Position numbers and translations under genes: made by a program. Source: Octopus vulgaris (taxonomy: Eukaryota). Taken from it: a stretch of 64,000 nt of DNA. Location: positions 41,168,001-41,232,000 of the forward strand of contig OX597815.1 in assembly GCA_951406725.2 (NCBI GenBank). The letters run 5' to 3'. Below, in pieces: positions 52,378-64,000 of the stretch. The number at the start of each line of letters is the position of its first letter. Position 1 is the first letter of the stretch. Under the pieces are notes generated by a model, which did no database searches, was not told where the DNA came from, and was given only the letters and a program-made list of their open reading frames with translations.

Positions 52378-53353
52378 TATCTTTTTCTCTTTCATATTCC
52401 CTTTCTCTCACACCTTCCACCCTTGCTTATCCTTACTACATGGGATAGCCCTAACCGGCTCTATGCAACCTGCCTTCTGCTCTGTCCCTTCCTTTCTCAC
52501 TAACTATTAACACCAATCCTTTTCTTTACTCTGTTCCTTCCATTCCATACTCCCTCCGCCAAAGTATTTACTGTTATTCCCCACTATCACCCTCTCACAA
52601 CTTTAAATCTGTTCCCCTCATCATATTTCAGCCCTCTCTCACCTTGCTTAAAATCATCATCATCATCATTACACACATACACTTTCTCCCTCTTCCCTTC
52701 TCTCTCTCTCCTATTCTCCTTTGCAAGTTGCAAGGCAACCTCAGTAGTGCTGGCGCCATAGAAAAGCTCTCAGTACACTCTGTAAAATGATTTGAAGAGA
52801 ACACTGGAACACATCATGTCTCTGTGATTCATCAGATCCTGTTGTACTCATTTAACCCATGTAAGCTTGGAGATCAGACATTAAATGATGATGATGATGA
52901 TGATATAATGGGTTGGTTCATAAATAACAACCAATTTTTTTTAATTCTAAATTTTAAATAAAACTTGTAAATTAAATTATAAAACACTCGTTAATTATGC
53001 ACCATCCCAATATATGTCATCATCATCAACATCATCATTTAATGTCTGCTTTCCATGCTGGCATGGATTGGACAATTTGACTGAGGACTGGCAAACCAGG
53101 AGGTTGCACCAGGCTCCAATCTGATCTGGCAAGGTTTCTACAGCTGGATGCCCTTCCTAACACCACCATTCCAAGAGTGTAGTGGGTGCTCTTTACGTGT
53201 CACCAGGATGGGAGCCAGTCAGGTGGCACTGGCATCAACCATGCTCAAATGGTGCTTTTTACATGCCACCAGTACAGGAGCCCTCAATATAAAACTGAGG
53301 TGGTATTCCCACTGCCGGCCTTGCCCATCTTGTGGATCAGCATGAGTGCCGGT

Positions 53354-54021
53354 TGTCACGTTCGCGCATGCGCACTTACACATTCGCGCATGCGCACTTA
53401 CACGTTCGCGCATGCGCACTTACACGTTCGCGCATGCGCACGCACACGTTCAAGCATGCGCACGCACAAATACGCGCATGCGCACTTACACGTTCGTGCA
53501 TGCGCAAGCAAACGTTCACGCATGCGCACGCACACGTTCGCGCATGCGCACGCACAACTACGCGCATGCGCACTTACACGTTCGCGCATGCGCACGCACA
53601 AGTACGCGCATGCGCACTTACACGTTCGCGCATGCGCACTTGCACGTTCGCGCATACGCACGCACACCTACGCGCATGCGCAAGCAAACGTTCACGCATG
53701 CGCACGCACAAGTACGCGCATGCGCACGCACAAGTACGCGCATGCGCACTTACACGTTCGCGCACGCACAAGTACGCGCGAGCGCCCTTACACGTTCGCG
53801 CATGCTCACGCACACGTTCGCGCATGCGTACTTACACGCACAAGTTCGCGCATGCGCACCTACACGTTCGCGCATGCGCACCTACACGTTCGCGCATGCG
53901 CACGCACACGTTCGCGCATGTGCACTTACACGTTCGCGCTTGCGCAAGCTCACGTTCGCGCATGCGCAAGCAAACGTTCACGCATGCGCACATACACGTT
54001 CGCGCATGCGCACGCACACGT
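53354..54021. repeat. CpG-rich ~22-26 bp minisatellite, unit about CACGTTCGCGCATGCGCACTTA
   Basis: Direct reading; explains the AHAH/RMRT ORFs. Confidence 0.95.
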
Positions 54022-54136
54022 AAATATAACAATATAACAAAGAATTTAGTAAAATAACTTAGTTATCATTAAGCTAGTGTTAGAAACATAAATTGTGACT
54101 AAGGTTTGGTGGAAGATTTTAATTCAAAACTTATAA

Positions 54137-54296
54137 AGGAGTGGCTGTGTGATAAGTAGCTTGCTCACCAACCACATGGTTCTGGGTTCAGTCCCACTGT
54201 GTTGCACCTTGGACAAGTGTCTTCTACTATAGCCTCGGGCCAACCAAAGCCTTGTGAGTGGATTTGGTAGACGGAAACTGAAAGAAACCCGTCATA

Positions 54297-54350
<54 letters not shown>

Positions 54351-54572
54351 GATAGATATATGTATGTGTGTGTATATGTTTGTGTGTTTGTCCCCTCAAC
54401 ATCGCTTGACAACCGATGCTGGTGTGTTTATGTCCCTGTAACTTAGTGGTTCAGCAAAAGAGACCGATAGAATAAGTACTAGGCTTACAAAGAATAAGTC
54501 CTGGGGTTGATTTGCTCGACTAAAGGTGGTGCTCCAGCATGGCCACAATCAAATGACTGAAACAAGTAAAAA
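54137..54572 (+). mobile_element. CORE-type SINE
   Basis: Family match. Confidence 0.85.
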
Positions 54573-56710
54573 TGATATATATATGTGTGTGTGTGACTTA
54601 AATTTTCTATGTATATAGACGCAATAGTTATTAGGTTATCAAGTGGAATTCAAACTTATTATGTATTGACACATTTCATATGTAGATTAAAATGGTATTT
54701 TTTTTCTTTATTGTTTTTAATTCATATCTAAATTTAAATATAGGGATCTTCCATTTTTAATTTTTAAATAAAAATGTTGGATTAAAGTTATTTTGAATCA
54801 AGTTAAAGCATAACATCAGAACATTTACTGAAGAGGAGACTCAATGCTAGATTCAAATTCACATGTTGGACATGTTTTGGCATAAAGCCAGCAATTTTGA
54901 AGGGAGGAGGAAGTCAATTATATCAATCCCAGGGGAAGTTGAGCTTGGCAGCATTAGAACTCAAAACATAAAGACTATAAATGATGGGCTTCTTACAGTT
55001 TCCATCTACCAAATCCACTCACAAGGCTTTGGTCGGCCTGAGGCTATAGTAGGAGACACTTGCCCCCAAGATGCAGTGCAGTGGGACTGAACCCGGAACT
55101 ATGTAGTTGGTAAGCAAACTACATACCACACACCCACTCCTGCTTAAAATAAGAATACAAATGGGTTAAAGGTTCACTACAACTGTTTCAGATGCAATTT
55201 TTATTGATGGTAAAACTTCAGGTGATTAAAAATTTAGTTTGGAGAAAAAAAAATACAAGACTAACCTCCTCAGTAAGGCATCATTGAAAACAGTGAAAGC
55301 ACATCAAGAGTTAACTAGATTTAACGGGCTAAGATGTCAGAGGTCAATGGATCATAAATCAATTATTGGACAGTGTCACAGCTAATTTGTTTCTTTATTT
55401 AGGACTAGATAAATAATTAAAAATAAATAGATGAAAGGAAGACAGAAAGAGAAAATAGGGAGGAAATGGAAGAGAGGATGGAATAAGGGTTAACAACAAA
55501 GGATTGTCATTCTGACAATGGAACTACTACTACCCCAAAATCCATCAGAATAAATATGTACATGATAACACATACATATAATCACCTTGGGCAAGTTTCT
55601 TCTACTATAGGCTTGAACAAACCAAAGCCTTGTCAGTAGATTTGGTAGAAAGAAGCATTTTGTCTAATGCACTAACAAATGAATAATAATCCTTTCTACT
55701 ATAGACACAAGATTTGAAATTTGGGAAAGTGGGATAAGTCAATTACATCGACTCCAGTACACAACTGGTATTTACTTTATTGACCCTGAAAGGATGAAAA
55801 GCAAAGCTGACCTCAGTGGAATTTGAACTCAAAATGTGAGGACATGAAATGCCACTAAGCATTTCGCCCAGCATGCTAACAATTCTGCCAGTTCGCTGCC
55901 CACACAATTGAATAATAATGATGAGGAACAGAGCAGTTTGCTTTCTGAATATGGTTAATTAAAGAGACTGACCAACAAAAATCAAAACAAAAAACAACAA
56001 AAAAATAATAAAATGTAGTTATTTTTCAATGTAATCACATTTGGAAAGTAAATACTAAATTTGCAACAGCATAACGTAATAAATATGTGTGTATGTGAGT
56101 CTGACATTAATGTGTATTAATGTCAGGCTCACATGATGCAGTATAAGTGCATCATAGACATTTTCAGTACACCATGTGCATCTGTAAAAATGTACCCAAA
56201 AGACGCATTGTGCAATATCTTTTATCATTTACTTGCTTCAGCCATTAGACTGGGGCCATGCTGGGGCACCACCTTGAAGAATTTTAGTTGAATGAATCAG
56301 GTCCACTATTTAATTTTTTTAAGCCTGGTACTTATTCTATTGGTCTCTTTTGCTGAACTGCTAAGTTATGGGATCGTAAACACACCAACACTAGTTGTGA
56401 AGCAATGGTGGGGAACAAATACAGGCACACACCCATAAATATATATGCATATATATGATAGGCTTCTTTCGGTTTCTTTCTACCAAATCAAAATAAAGGT
56501 GGCAAGCTGGCAGAATCGTTAGCAGCCGGGCGAAATGCTGAGTGGTATTTTGTCTGCTGCTACGTTCTGATACCTAACTGAGAGGGTTAATCTTGTTTTG
56601 TTTTTTTCTCCAAACTAAATTTTTAATCACCTGAAGTTTTACCATCAATAAAAATTGCATCTGAAACAGTTGTACTGAACCTTTAACCCGTTTGTAATTC
56701 TTATTTTATG

Positions 56711-57140
56711 CAGGAGTGGGTGTGTGGTATGTAGCTTGCTTACCAACCACATAGTTCCGGGTTCAGTCCCACTGCGCGGCATCTTGGGCAAGTGTCTTCT
56801 ACTATAGCCTTGGGCCAACCAAAGCCTTGTGAGTGGATTTGGTAGATGGAAACTGTAAGAAACCCATCGTTTATATATATAAATATATATATATGTGTGT
56901 GCGTGTGTGTACATGCATGTGTGTACGTATGTTTTTGTGTCTGTGTTTGTCCTCCCAACATCACTTGACAACCGATGCTGGTGTGTTATCCCCATAACTT
57001 AGCGATTCGGCAAAAGAGACCGATAGAATAAGCACTAGGCTTACAAAGAATAAGTCCTGGGGTCGATTTGTTCAACTAAAGGTGGTGCTCTGGCATGGCC
57101 ACAGTCAAATGACTGAAACAAAGAAAAGAATAAAAGAATA
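56711..57140 (+). mobile_element. CORE-type SINE
   Basis: Family match. Confidence 0.85.
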
Positions 57141-57350
57141 AACATCATATCTGGGACCTTCACTATGTTGATCTGAAACTTGCCTTGGATAATGAATTTA
57201 CATGTGTGTGTGTATATGTGTGCATATATATATATATACATATGTATATATGGATGTATTTGTATGTAGTATACACATATGTGCCAAACATGACCCTTCC
57301 CTGGTATCCTGAATGTTAAAACCACTTGATTCAGATAAATCCTACAATTA

Positions 57351-57380
<30 letters not shown>

Positions 57381-57382
<2 letters not shown>

Positions 57383-60300
57383 ATCATCATCATCATCATC
57401 ATCATCGTTTAACGTCTGTTTTCCGCGCTAGCACGGGTTGGACAGTTCGACCAGGGTCTGGGAAGCCAGGGGCTGCACCAGGCTCCAGTCTGATCTGGCA
57501 GAGTTTCTACAGCTGGATGCCCTTCCTAGCGAGTGTAGTGGGTGCTTTTTATGTGCCATCTGCACAGGTGCCAGTGGGGTCCGGCATCGGCCACGATCGG
57601 TTGGAGCTTTTAACGTGCCACCGGCACGGAAGCTAGCCACCAGCACTGGAGCCAGTTAAGGCCGCGCTGGCATCAGCCACATTCGGATGGTGCTTTTTAT
57701 GTGCCACCGACACAGAAGCCAGTTGAGGCAGCGCTGGCATCGGCCACGTTCGGATGGTGCTTTTTATGTGCTACCGGCACAGAAGCCAGTCGAGGTGGCG
57801 CTGGCAACGGCCACGTTCGGATGGTGCTTTTTATGTGCCACTGGCACAGGTATCACAACTACTATTTCCATTAATATTTATTTCGATGTTCATGTTCATG
57901 TACTTGACTCAACAGGTCTCCTCAAGCACAGCGGGATGTTCTGGAATCCAGGGTACTTTAAATGGGTAGGGGCTATGTGGAACTGGTGCAGGAAGCATCC
58001 CGGGTCTTAGCAGTCACAGCATATCTCCAGAGATCTCGGTCCTTCACCATTGCCTCAGTGAGGCCCAATGCTCTGAGGTCATGCTTGACTACCTCATCCC
58101 ATGTCTTCCTGGGTCTACCTCTCCCCCTGATACCTTCAACTGTTTGGGAGTGGCACTTCTTCACACATCTCTCCTCATCCATCCGCAGTACATGACCATA
58201 CCATCGCTCTTGCACACCACATCTGATGCTTCTTATGTCCAGCATTTCTCTCAGGGTGCTTACACTCTGTCGTGCGTGCACACTGACATTACACATCCAG
58301 CGGATCATGCTAGCTTCATTTCTTTCAAGTCTACGCAAGTCCTCTGCAGTCACAGCCCATGTTTCACTACCGTGAAGCATGGCAGTTCGCACACATGCAT
58401 CATACAATCTACCTTTCACTCTGAGCGAGAGATCCTTTGTCGCCAGTAGGGGTAGGAGCTTTCTGAACTTTGCCCAGGCTATTCGTATTCTAGTGGTGAT
58501 ACTCTCTGAGCATCCACCTCCACTACTAACTTGGTCACCCAGGTAGCGGAAACTATCAACTACTTCTAGTTTCTCCCCTGGAGTGTGATGGAATCTGTTT
58601 CCTGAGTGTCTGTGGTGTCTATTGTCCCTGTGCATCTGCTGCACATGAAAGCTATCTTATCAGTTAATTTCCCTTTGATGTTGCTGCACCTCTTATGCGT
58701 CCATAGCTTACATTGGCTGCATCTTATGGAGTTTCTACCTACACCTTTCCTACAGATCGAGCAGGGCCACCTGCCCGAGGGTGTGTGTGCTGAGTTCGCC
58801 TTTCTGCTTACTATAACTTTGGTCTTTGCTACATTTACTCTAAGGCCCTTTGATTCTAACCCTTGCTTCCACACCCAAAATTTCTTTTCTAGTTCCGGTA
58901 GTGATTCTGCTATGAGAGCCAGGTCATCAGCATAGAGGAGCTCCCAGGGGCATCCTGTTTTGAATTCCTCTGTTACTGCCTGGAGGACTATGATGAATAA
59001 AAGGGGACTGAGGGCTGAGCCTTGGTGTGCACCTACTTCTACCCGGAATTCTTCACTATATTCGTTGCCAATCCTAACCTTGCTGACAGCCTCTCTGTAT
59101 AGAGCCTGTACAGCCCTTATTAGCCATTCGTCAATCTCCAGTTTCCGCATCGACCACCAGATAAGGGATCAGGGGACCCTGTCAAAGGCTTTCTCCAAGT
59201 CCACAAAAGCTATGTAGAGGGGTTTATCTTTAGCTAGGTACTTCTCCTGCAGTTGTCGGACCAGGAATATAGCATCAGTGGTGCTTCTACCCGGCACAAA
59301 ACCGAACTGCATCTCATCTAAGCAAATTCTCTCCCTAATGAGATGGGTTATGACCCTCTCTGTGACCTTCATCACCTGATCCAACAGTTTAATACCCCTG
59401 TAGTTACTTCTATCTAGAGCATCACCCTTACCCTTGTAGCAGTTGACTATGGTGCTGCTACGCCAGTCATTGGGTATGACTCCATAATGAACTACCTGGT
59501 TTACAATGCGGGTGACTAGGCCATAGCCCACATAGCCAGCTGTTTTAAGCATCTCAGCAGTGATTCCTGATGGGCCGGGGGCTTTACCTGGTTTCATATC
59601 CTTAATTGCCTAAACTACAAGGGAGCTGTCTATTCGGGTAGCTGGTCCCTCTACTGGGTCAACATTTGGCAGGCTCTCCTCCTCCAATTCATTCTCCTCA
59701 TTCAGCAGTCTTTCATAATGGCTTCTCCAAGCCTCTTTCTTTTCACCAACATTAAAAGCAAGTACCTTATCATCCATGCGGACACATTTCTCTCCTGTAA
59801 CATCACTATTTTCTCTCACACACTGTCTGGCAATCCGAAATACCTCAGCTCTTTGGTCCTCACATCGCTGGACATTGGCAAACTTCTTCTTTTCTGCTAC
59901 ATCTTTGGCTATGTATACCTGCCGCCCAGCCTCCCTTTTGGCTACCTGGTACAGTTCCCTGCTACCCCTATCCCTCCAGGCTTTCCAGGCCTGTCTCTTT
60001 GCACTAATGGCTTTGTCTACTGCACTATTCCACCACCACGTAACTCTAGGTCTGGAAGGGACTTTGCACCATCCACAGACTTGGTCTGTGGCACTCAGCA
60101 AGCTGTCCCGTAGGAATTCCCAGCTACCTTCTATGTCCGACGTCTGAAGCTCCTCCTCCCTCTCATCAAATTTCTTGATGAGGATGTCCCTAAATCTCTG
60201 ACCATGTGAAGGGTTCTTTAGCTTCCAAATCCTTCTTTTCTGGATTGGTTTGTTTCTTGGAGTCCTTCTGGCCTCAAGCTTAAAGTCACTGATGATTAGC

Positions 60301-61039
60301 CTATGCTGAGGGATACATTCTTCACCCGGGAGGGTCTTTGTATTTAAGAGCGACCCTGCATCCCGCTGTCTGGTGAGGATGAAGTCTATTTGGCTAGCGG
60401 AGTCTCCTGACTGATAGGTTATAAGGTGGCAGTCAGGCTTCCTGAAGTTAGTATTGCAGATTAAAAGGTTACATGCATCACAGAATTCCAGTAGTCTAGT
60501 TCCCTCATCATTTCTGGTGCCAATACCATGGCCACCATGTACCCCAGTGAAGATACCTGATTCCCGCCCAACATGCCCATTAAAGTCTCCACCCACAAAG
60601 ATGAGGTCCTTGCCACTAGTCTTTGAGGTAGCCTGTAGAAGGGTATCATAAAAGTGGTCCTTCTGATCATTTGGTAGTCCCGCTTGTGGGGCATAGGCGG
60701 AGATAATCGTAGCTGTGCAACTCTGTAGGACTAACCTGAGCTTAAGCACTCTATCGCAAACCCTGACAACCTCTATGACCTTATCCACCCATTTCTCCGC
60801 AAGGAGAATGCCTACACCATCCATGTTACCTTGCCAGAAGACTTTATACTTATGTGCCTTGCCTGTGAGGACCCTAGCTGAAGCACCTCTCCATCTTACC
60901 TCTTGTATGCAGCAACCCGTCTTCTCTCAAGCATCTCTACAATCTCACTAGACCTACCTTTCAATGTACCAACATTGACAGTGCCAACTCTGAAAACTGG
61001 GAAGGAGATGTAGGGAGGAGGGGAGCAATTCAGCACCTG

Positions 61040-61040
<1 letters not shown>
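57381..61040 (-). mobile_element. Near-full-length RTE-clade LINE (APE endonuclease, RT, PHD-like finger), inactivated
   Basis: RVGTVNVGTL, GVGILL, ISAYAPQ, GDFNGHVG, SQIDFIL; QFGFVPGRSTTDAIF, FVDLEKAFDRV, HQGSALSP, LLYADDL, FRYLG; repetitive 3' UTR and (ATG)n tail; in-frame stops at 59610 and 59169, frameshifts at ~60915 and ~58580. Confidence 0.95.
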
Positions 61041-61105
<65 letters not shown>

Positions 61106-61298
61106 GTAAAACTTGCCATTTGATTTATGAATTCAAGAATGTTTGACAAAAACTGTTGAAGATAAATAGGGTGCAATAAATTACTTTGACAAAAACACAA
61201 AATGACATAAACAAATGTGAAATGGGTTTACCGAGATGTTTCACTTTTTCAATTCCTAGCATGCTAGAAAATAATTTTAAAACAACAAAAATAATGAT

Positions 61299-61681
61299 TG
61301 TTTGCCAACATAACATGGCAGTCCTGGTTAAGGACTAATGTTGCTGCAATTTAGCCCCAGGAGACATCGTCTCCAGCTGGCTATATGACACGATCTGTGT
61401 CCTTATATTTTTTTTCGAACAAGGGAATCTAGCACCCCCACTCAGCTCAAAACAATATCTGTGTATTGCAATTTTTTTTGCTTAGACTATTATAACTTCA
61501 CAATACATAGATATTGTTTTAAGCAGAGTGGGGGTGCTAGATTCCCTTGTTTGAAAGAAAAGGAAAAAATATATAAGGACACAGATCGTGTCGTACAGCC
61601 AGCTGGAGACGATGTCTCCTGGGGCTGAATTACAGCAACATTAGTCCTAAACCAGGACTGCCATGTTATGTTGGCAAACAA
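61299..61681. mobile_element. Long-TIR MITE / foldback, ~170-bp arms
   Basis: TGTTTGCCAACATAACATGGCAGTCCTGG... / ...CCAGGACTGCCATGTTATGTTGGCAAACA. Confidence 0.8.
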
Positions 61682-63419
61682 TCTTTACTACAAAGTACTG
61701 TTGCTGAATATCTCGCGTTGTGAAATTTAAAAATAGTAATTTTCTAACAAAAATAACATCATCAGTTACAAAATGGTCAAAGTTATAATGGTCTAAGCAA
61801 AAAAAAAATGAAGTAAAAAAAATGTCCTTCTCTACTGTTGTTATGAATATAAACACTGACAATGGTGGTTTCCACACTCATCATCATCAGAGTCAACTAG
61901 ATAGGAATGGAAACTTCCTTTAATTAACAAATGTGTATTGAATAGCTGCTAATTCTTTGAACTTTTTAAACCAATTACCTCAAAATATATTTATTTATGC
62001 CAACGTTACCCCCTTGATTTGAAAGGAAGAAACACATAGATTCTTTGGATTCAAAAGGTTTGTTGAATCTATTTTATTGAATCTATTTATATGAATCTAT
62101 TTACACGTTCATTACATTGGACAGATGCAGTGTTACCAAAAAAAAAAAAAAATTCTGTCATAACAAGGAACATGTTTTTAATAGAATTTTACTGATGTCT
62201 AATGAGTCCTCATTACCACCAAGAATTTCATTTTTACCACACTTTACCCTGGTTCACCGCCCACTGTTTCATGTTGATTCAGATGCTTTGAAATATGTTA
62301 ATAGTTGGAAAATCTGGAAGTTTGTTACCTGGTAAAATGTTTAATTATCAAGCACAGGGTAATTAAATAACTTGTTATGCTTAATGGCACTACAGTTGTG
62401 ACTTGAATTGAATTGCTTAATAACTTTTCAATGTATTTAGCTGGATTTAAAAAAAATTCCAGTGTTTCAATTACATAGTGTCAATTATTGCATAGTGTAA
62501 TTGCATTATTGCATAATGTAATTGCTTTGTCATTTACCCTATCAAATAAAAATACATTTTTACTAAGGAGACACTGAGGAAGCCTCTACATTTGAACTGT
62601 TTGATATAGCAGCTAAATCTCCCTCCTATCACACCCTAAACAACTCAAATAAGGGATATCAGTACATAATGCAGTCCTAAATACAGTATATATGGGGAGA
62701 AAATTATTACACTGGACTAAAGGCCTTAGGTGAGGTGAGACTAACGTTTTAGTTTCATGGATTCTTCCTAAATCTGCTGAAATTCTACTTCATTTTGTCT
62801 AATAATAATAATGTCTTTCTACTATAGGCACAAGGCCATTGATCTAAAGCTTGTCTGGTACTTATTTCATTGAACCAGGAAGGAAGAAAGACAAAATTGA
62901 CCTTGGTGAAATTTGAACTTAGAACATAAAGAACTGGATGAAATGTCACAAAGCGTTTTGTCCAGCATGCTAACGAATCTGCCAGCTTGTCATCATCATT
63001 GACATTTAACATCTGTTTTCCATCCTGGCATGGGCTGAATCCTTTCTTCTATAGGCACAATCCTGAAATGTGGGGGAAGGAGGCTAGGTGATTATATGAA
63101 TCCCAGTGCTCAGCCGGTACTTACTCTATTGACTCTGAAAGAATGAAAGGCAAAGTCAACCTCGGTGGAATTTGAACTTGGAACTTGGAACTTATTTGGT
63201 CTGATAGGGTAATGATTTTGCCAGCTTGCCACCTTAACAAAGCTGATCTCGGTGGAATTTGAAATCAGAATATGAAGATCTGGAAGAAATACTGCAAAGC
63301 ATCATTATGTTTCAATTAATGGTCTCACTTACGTATAATAACAACTGATTCACACACATTTTGTTTTTCTCTCTCTTTCTTTCTCTCTTTCTCTCAATCA
63401 CACTCAGATGTACATATGA

Positions 63420-63682
63420 AAACACTAGGTACCCATGCTAGTGACATGTAAAAGGCACCTGTGCCGGTGACACATAAAAGGCACCCATGCCAGTGACAGA
63501 CATGTAAAAGACATTCAGTACATTCTATAGAATGGTTGACATTAGGAAGGGCATCAACCATAGAAACCAAGCAGAAACAGATTGAAGTCTGGTGCAGATC
63601 TCTGGCTTACCGGTTCCAGTCAAACCGTCTTACCTATGCCAGCATGGAAAACGGATGCTAAATGATGATGATGATGATGATG
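63420..63682 (+). mobile_element. RTE 3' UTR fragment
   Basis: TTAGGAAGGGCATC..GCCAGCATGGAAAACGGA..(TGA)n; similar copies at 41850-41985 and 53020-53280. Confidence 0.75.
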
Positions 63683-64000
63683 ACTACACCCGCTAGCATT
63701 CATACTTACTAACCATCTTACTAACAATAACTCTGAGTACCTTTTCAAACTCCACCTGTCTAACACCCATGGACATGTTTAGAAAGTCAGAAAACAGCAC
63801 AGCTCCCATGACTTTCGGAAACATTTTTTCACGCTAAGAGTTGCTGAAGCATGGAACAAACTGCCAGCATCAGTTGTTAGTTTTCGGAGCACTGCATCCT
63901 TCAAAACTTCCATGCTTCCTGAGATTCACCAACACTACACCTGATTTTCTCCTCTCCATACACACGCAAGCATGTATCTGACTCATACACAGTTCACTTC
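63683..64000 (+). mobile_element. CR1-type LINE 3' end
   Basis: THGH..RKHFFTLRVAEAWNKLPASVV....ASFK; 3' UTR matches the minus-strand copy at ~15500-15600. Confidence 0.75.

Noticed and set aside
53354-54039. TG...CA termini suggesting the minisatellite is an LTR
   Set aside because: No target-site duplication or LTR signals
53186-54057. Long 225-283 aa ORFs (AHAH/RMRT)
   Set aside because: Open in several frames only because the minisatellite lacks stop codons
61522-61531. AGCAGAGTGG matching the missing 5' end of tRNAiMet
   Set aside because: Opposite strand, 36 kb away and inside a MITE arm; chance match

Overview
AT-rich, repeat-dense eukaryotic DNA. The tRNA-derived CORE-type and Nin/Deu-type SINEs, (TA)n/(CA)n/(TACA)n microsatellites and RTE LINE types point to an octopus genome (inference). 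Most of the window is nested mobile DNA: SINEs, non-autonomous Helitrons (one with a PIF1 helicase fragment), pogo/Tigger, mariner, hAT and Tc1-like elements and MITEs, Penelope-like fragments with hammerhead-ribozyme motifs, CR1, RTE and L1/Tx1 fragments, a near-complete RTE LINE and two copies of one LTR. The only convincing host gene is a single coding exon on the minus strand (28848-29249) encoding a secreted, neuropeptide-precursor-like protein. A Helitron has inserted immediately before its last codon and rewritten the C-terminus (inferred ancestral ...DAF*, now ...DASLSI*). Also present are a 5'-truncated initiator tRNA-Met, a CpG-rich putative promoter at ~33.8 kb followed by CpG-depleted DNA, perfect palindromes, local duplications and a CpG-rich GCGCATGCGC tandem array. 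Most ORFs in the supplied track are microsatellite or SINE artefacts. All calls were made by eye; no searches were run.
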